Positions 60,082-64,000 of a stretch of DNA of 64,000 nucleotides are shown here, one piece after another; positions within the stretch are counted from its first letter, which is position 1, and each line of letters starts with the position of its first letter. The DNA is from Piromyces finnis finn. Taxonomy: Eukaryota; Fungi; Neocallimastigomycota. A model generated the notes under the pieces. The model was not told the DNA's origin. It did not search any database and saw only the letters and a program-made list of their open reading frames with translations. Where the stretch lies: contig MCFH01000035.1 of the NCBI GenBank assembly GCA_002104945.1, positions 1 through 64,000 on the forward strand. Reading direction: 5' to 3'. A program made the position numbers and the translations under genes.

Positions 60082-60891
60082 ATGGCTTCAAATAACACTA
60101 AATCTGATAGTCATGAAAAAGCTGTATATATTACATTAATATTATTATTTTATTTATTTTTCTATGTCATAAATAATAAAACCATATATTATAACAATCC
60201 ATTATCCTAGATATCAGATGCTATTTTCATTGAAAGAATAAAAAAGGAAAATAAATATTATAAAGTTTATGATAGCTATACACTAAATAAAAACATCACA
60301 AAAAGTAAATAATAAAAGCCAATATACAGATATTTACATTAAATAAATGATGTATATAAACTATTTTTAACATTCTTTACATATATTTATTAATAGAACT
60401 TGTTAATACTGAAAAACCTCAATGTGTATCTGTACAAGATAGAAAATTAACAGAAGAAGTTGATGGTATATATAATATAAAATAAATATTTAATAAAATC
60501 CACAAATAATTGCATATATTTATCTAAAAATATTTTATATTTCATATAAATATGCATTTATAAATAGACGAATATATTAAATTAGTCGAATATAGTAATT
60601 TACCACCAAATAAAAAATATATTCTTCCCCTTACAGAATCTCAAAATTATGGATGGGAGAGCAAAGTTTTAGTAAAAATCAATTTTTCATTTACAATTTC
60701 ATGATGAACAAAATAAAATATTTATATTTACATATTAATTACTTCCTTTTTTTCTCTTAACAATTAAATTTTAGTTACCAGAAACAATGACTGATCCAAG
60801 ATTAAGATTCCCTATAAAATCAACAGATATAAGATTCAACGCTGAATGTTCAAAACGAAGTGGAACTATGGCTGCTACTAAAAAAAACTAA
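60082..60891 (+). CDS. FAM183/CFAP144-like small flagellar protein, 5 exons, absent from the ORF track
   Basis: GT-AG exons join in frame: MASNNTKSDSHEKA|ISDAIFIERIKKE...|..TEKPQ...EEVD|DEYIKLVEYSNLPPNKKYILPLTESQNYGWESKVL|LPETMTDPRLRFPIKSTDI...KKN-stop. The P.KKY..P.TE.Q..GW motif resembles FAM183. Confidence 0.62.
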
Positions 60892-61184
60892 TTATTAATT
60901 TTATTACTTAAATATAGTACTGATAATAATTATCAAATTATTTTATTCTAAAAATAACATGGAAAATATCTTTTCTATATAACATTAATAATTCGAGAAA
61001 ATTACACAATTTATTATTTAATTTAAATATTATAACAAGTTATGACAAGTTAATATTTTATTTTATATATATGTATAAATAATCAATAAATATATTATCA
61101 CCTAATTTGTAAATTCATATTTAAAGGATGTATAATATTATACTAACTATATATATTCTTGTTTTTATTTTTTTCTTTATTAAT

Positions 61185-61410
<226 letters not shown>

Positions 61411-61515
61411 TGCTGTGTGGGTGTGGTTGTTTTTGTTGCTTGTTGTTGTTATTATTATTTAATATCATTATAAAAAATTGTGTGTAATTTTATTTTAATT
61501 TATGGTTTTAAATTT

Positions 61516-63700
61516 TTAAATTGCTGTATTTGGAGTTTCTGGAGAAATCGGGGTACCTATATTTTCTGTATTATTTGGTTGAAGTTCTAACTTATGTTGG
61601 CATTGCAATGGAGGTGCAGAAAGAGGGGATGGCGAGTTTAAATCATCAACAGAATAGAATAATGGTGAAGGCTCTATTACTTCTTGCATATGATTGTATT
61701 TATTAAAGGAACTCTTTTTAATACTACTTTTTAATGACAAACTATATGGAAGAGTATGTTCTACTATTTTCTTATGATCCCATTTTGGATAATTCGATAT
61801 ATGGTTTGCAGTTTTTTCAGCAGTAACTTGATCACCAATTATAGGATTTGTAGTATTACTTTTACTTTTAGGTTCTATGGATGATTGATTTTTAATGCAT
61901 ACTCTCCATTTTTCTATTTCCATTACAATTTGATTTACACTTAACCAATTTAATATATTTATTTTCCTTTCACTTGATTCTTCAATTCCACATTTATTTT
62001 CAATATCTTCATTATTTTCATCATGATTACTTAATGATATTTTATCTCCAAACTTGGCTTGTTCGATTAATTGTTTTATATGATCACCTAAATATTATTT
62101 AAGAAAAATAGAAATATTAATAAATTATACACAATAAATATTTATTTTCGAGAAATATTTACAAAAGAATGGTATAACATTATCATCTGGGTATGGTTGT
62201 AATTCTAATTGTTGTATTTCATAATGATAATTATAAGAGTTTGAGAATATATTATCTAATTCTTCCATACTTTCAATTAAATCATTTGGTAATGACTGTT
62301 TAAAAATAAATAGAATAATATATATTAATCTTAATTACTAAAAAAAAAAAAAAGACATTAATTTATATAGTATAAAATAATAGAATTACCTCCCATAATA
62401 CATGTTGTCTTACAAATAATTGATTTTTCAAACTGAAATATATTGCTGCGGCTGAATTATAATTCTTATTCACTAAACAGGCCTATTTTAGGTAAATATT
62501 AAATTAATTTAAAATATATAATGATTTAATTTATATCTAATATTCTATTTCTACCTTGGCGATTTTTATAAATTTTTTTAATGCAAATAATTTTTTCTTT
62601 ATAGTTAATTGTTCTCCAATTACAGTAATAGTATATTGAGATAACTATTAAAATATATGAAAAAAAAATTTTAGTATTAATTATAGTAGTAGCTGTTTTC
62701 GGTTGATACTGATAACTTACCTGATAAAACCATGAAATGTAACTCAAAACTATTCTTATTGGTTTATATAGCGTAAATTTACCAAAATTTTCATCCATCA
62801 ACTTTGTACCTTCTAGTAAATATATATAATAATCTGGTTCAATATCTTTAAATAACTGTTTTTCATGCAATAATAATTGAGAGCTGAATTCTTGAGATGT
62901 CATAATTAATGCCCATGGTTTTTTATTATCATTTGGAATTGAAAATTTTGATTTTGTTGGATTGCTTGAATTTTCATTTATAAATGTATATTGTTTGGTG
63001 AAAAGAGTTAATTTCTACATATATATGATAACAATAAAATATTTATATTAATATTTTATTATTGAAATTTAAAAAAAGTATGAATAGTTTATATTATAGC
63101 ATTATATATATAATATATATTTTTTTAATACTTGTTTTCTCAACACAGTATCTAGTTTTGTATACTCTCCGTAAAGATTAGTATTATTTATTAAATCGCC
63201 AATTTGGTTCATAAATTTATTTAATAAACCCATTACAGCACTACTAGTAAAATCATGCCAATGTAATCTTATCCAAAAGTTTAATAATTTCAAACATCTC
63301 TGCTGAATATTTTTTTTATTCTCATCATAGAAAAATTCTTGATCTTTAGTTGGATTTTGCGGTAATTTAACATTAAACCATGATATAATAAATTTTAATA
63401 AATCAAGTGGTGTAATATAGAATCTATAGGATACTAAGAAAGCATCTGTTAATTGCGTTTCTGTTTTCCATATTTATTGAAATTTTTTTTGTTAATTTTA
63501 AATACATAAATTAGTAAAAAAAAAAAAAAAATATATAGTTTTATTTAAATTCATTATAATAATTTGTTTTATTACAAGTACCTTGAGCAGTTGGGAAAAT
63601 TAAACTATCCATTACAGCTTCCAATGAGCCTTCGTATGGAATAGCTTTACCTTCTATTTCTTTATATTTAATACCATCTATCCTCATATCAAGTTCATCT
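61516..63700 (-). CDS. Ras guanine-nucleotide exchange factor (REM + CDC25 domain), 5' end unresolved
   Basis: GSLEAVMDSL, DAFLVSYRFYITP.DLL, QRCLKLLNFWI..HW.DF (REM domain); EFSSQLLLHEKQLFKDI, ISWFYQVS, NYNSAAAIYFSL and IPF (CDC25 domain). The last exon ends at 61516. Confidence 0.8.
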
Positions 63701-64000
63701 TTTATTAATAAAATATAAATTATTGTATAATTTATACTTTTAATATATAAATTGCCCTATTTATTTTTTTATGATTTTATATATATAAATATAATTCCTT
63801 TATCTTTTCATGTTTTAATTTAATAATACCTTTATATATATTTAATTCTCTCGATAATGTTTGTATATCTATAGAAAAAAATAAATTATTGAACATAAAA
63901 TAAATATTGTAATTTTGTTACCCATACCATTTTATTAATCATATAAAATCTTAAAATATTAATATTAATAATATTAACCATTAACATCACACTCCGGAAA

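Noticed and set aside
63974-64000. TTAACCATTAACATCACACTCCGGAAA as a possible transposon left end at the window edge
   Set aside because: Truncated by the window boundary, so it cannot be evaluated.

Overview
Extremely AT-rich, intron-rich eukaryotic DNA. A GH43 enzyme with fungal dockerins points to an anaerobic gut fungus (Neocallimastigomycota); this is inference, not a database match. From left to right the window holds: the 5' end of a Ty3/gypsy LTR retrotransposon running off the left edge (300-bp LTR, apparent tRNA-independent self-priming site, gag, -1 frameshift signal, protease); tRNA-Ala(UGC); a 5'-truncated, disrupted APE-RT LINE; glycogen branching enzyme; a roughly 14-exon ThDP-dependent 2-oxoacid decarboxylase of bacterial-like type; a membrane-anchored expansin/RlpA-like protein; a copia RT relic; a tRNA-Ala-derived SINE with an A77 tail and perfect 13-bp TSD; Erv1; ARPC1; a dockerin-bearing GH43 arabinanase; a probable hydrogenosome-targeted small membrane protein; an unrecognised 944-aa repeat plus coiled-coil protein ending in a CaaX box; WDR7; PEX1; a FAM183/CFAP144-like flagellar gene; and the 3' part of a RasGEF. 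Most remaining entries in the ORF track are antisense shadows, intron read-throughs or microsatellite artefacts. Exon boundaries were read by eye, and family calls come from motif recognition without searches.
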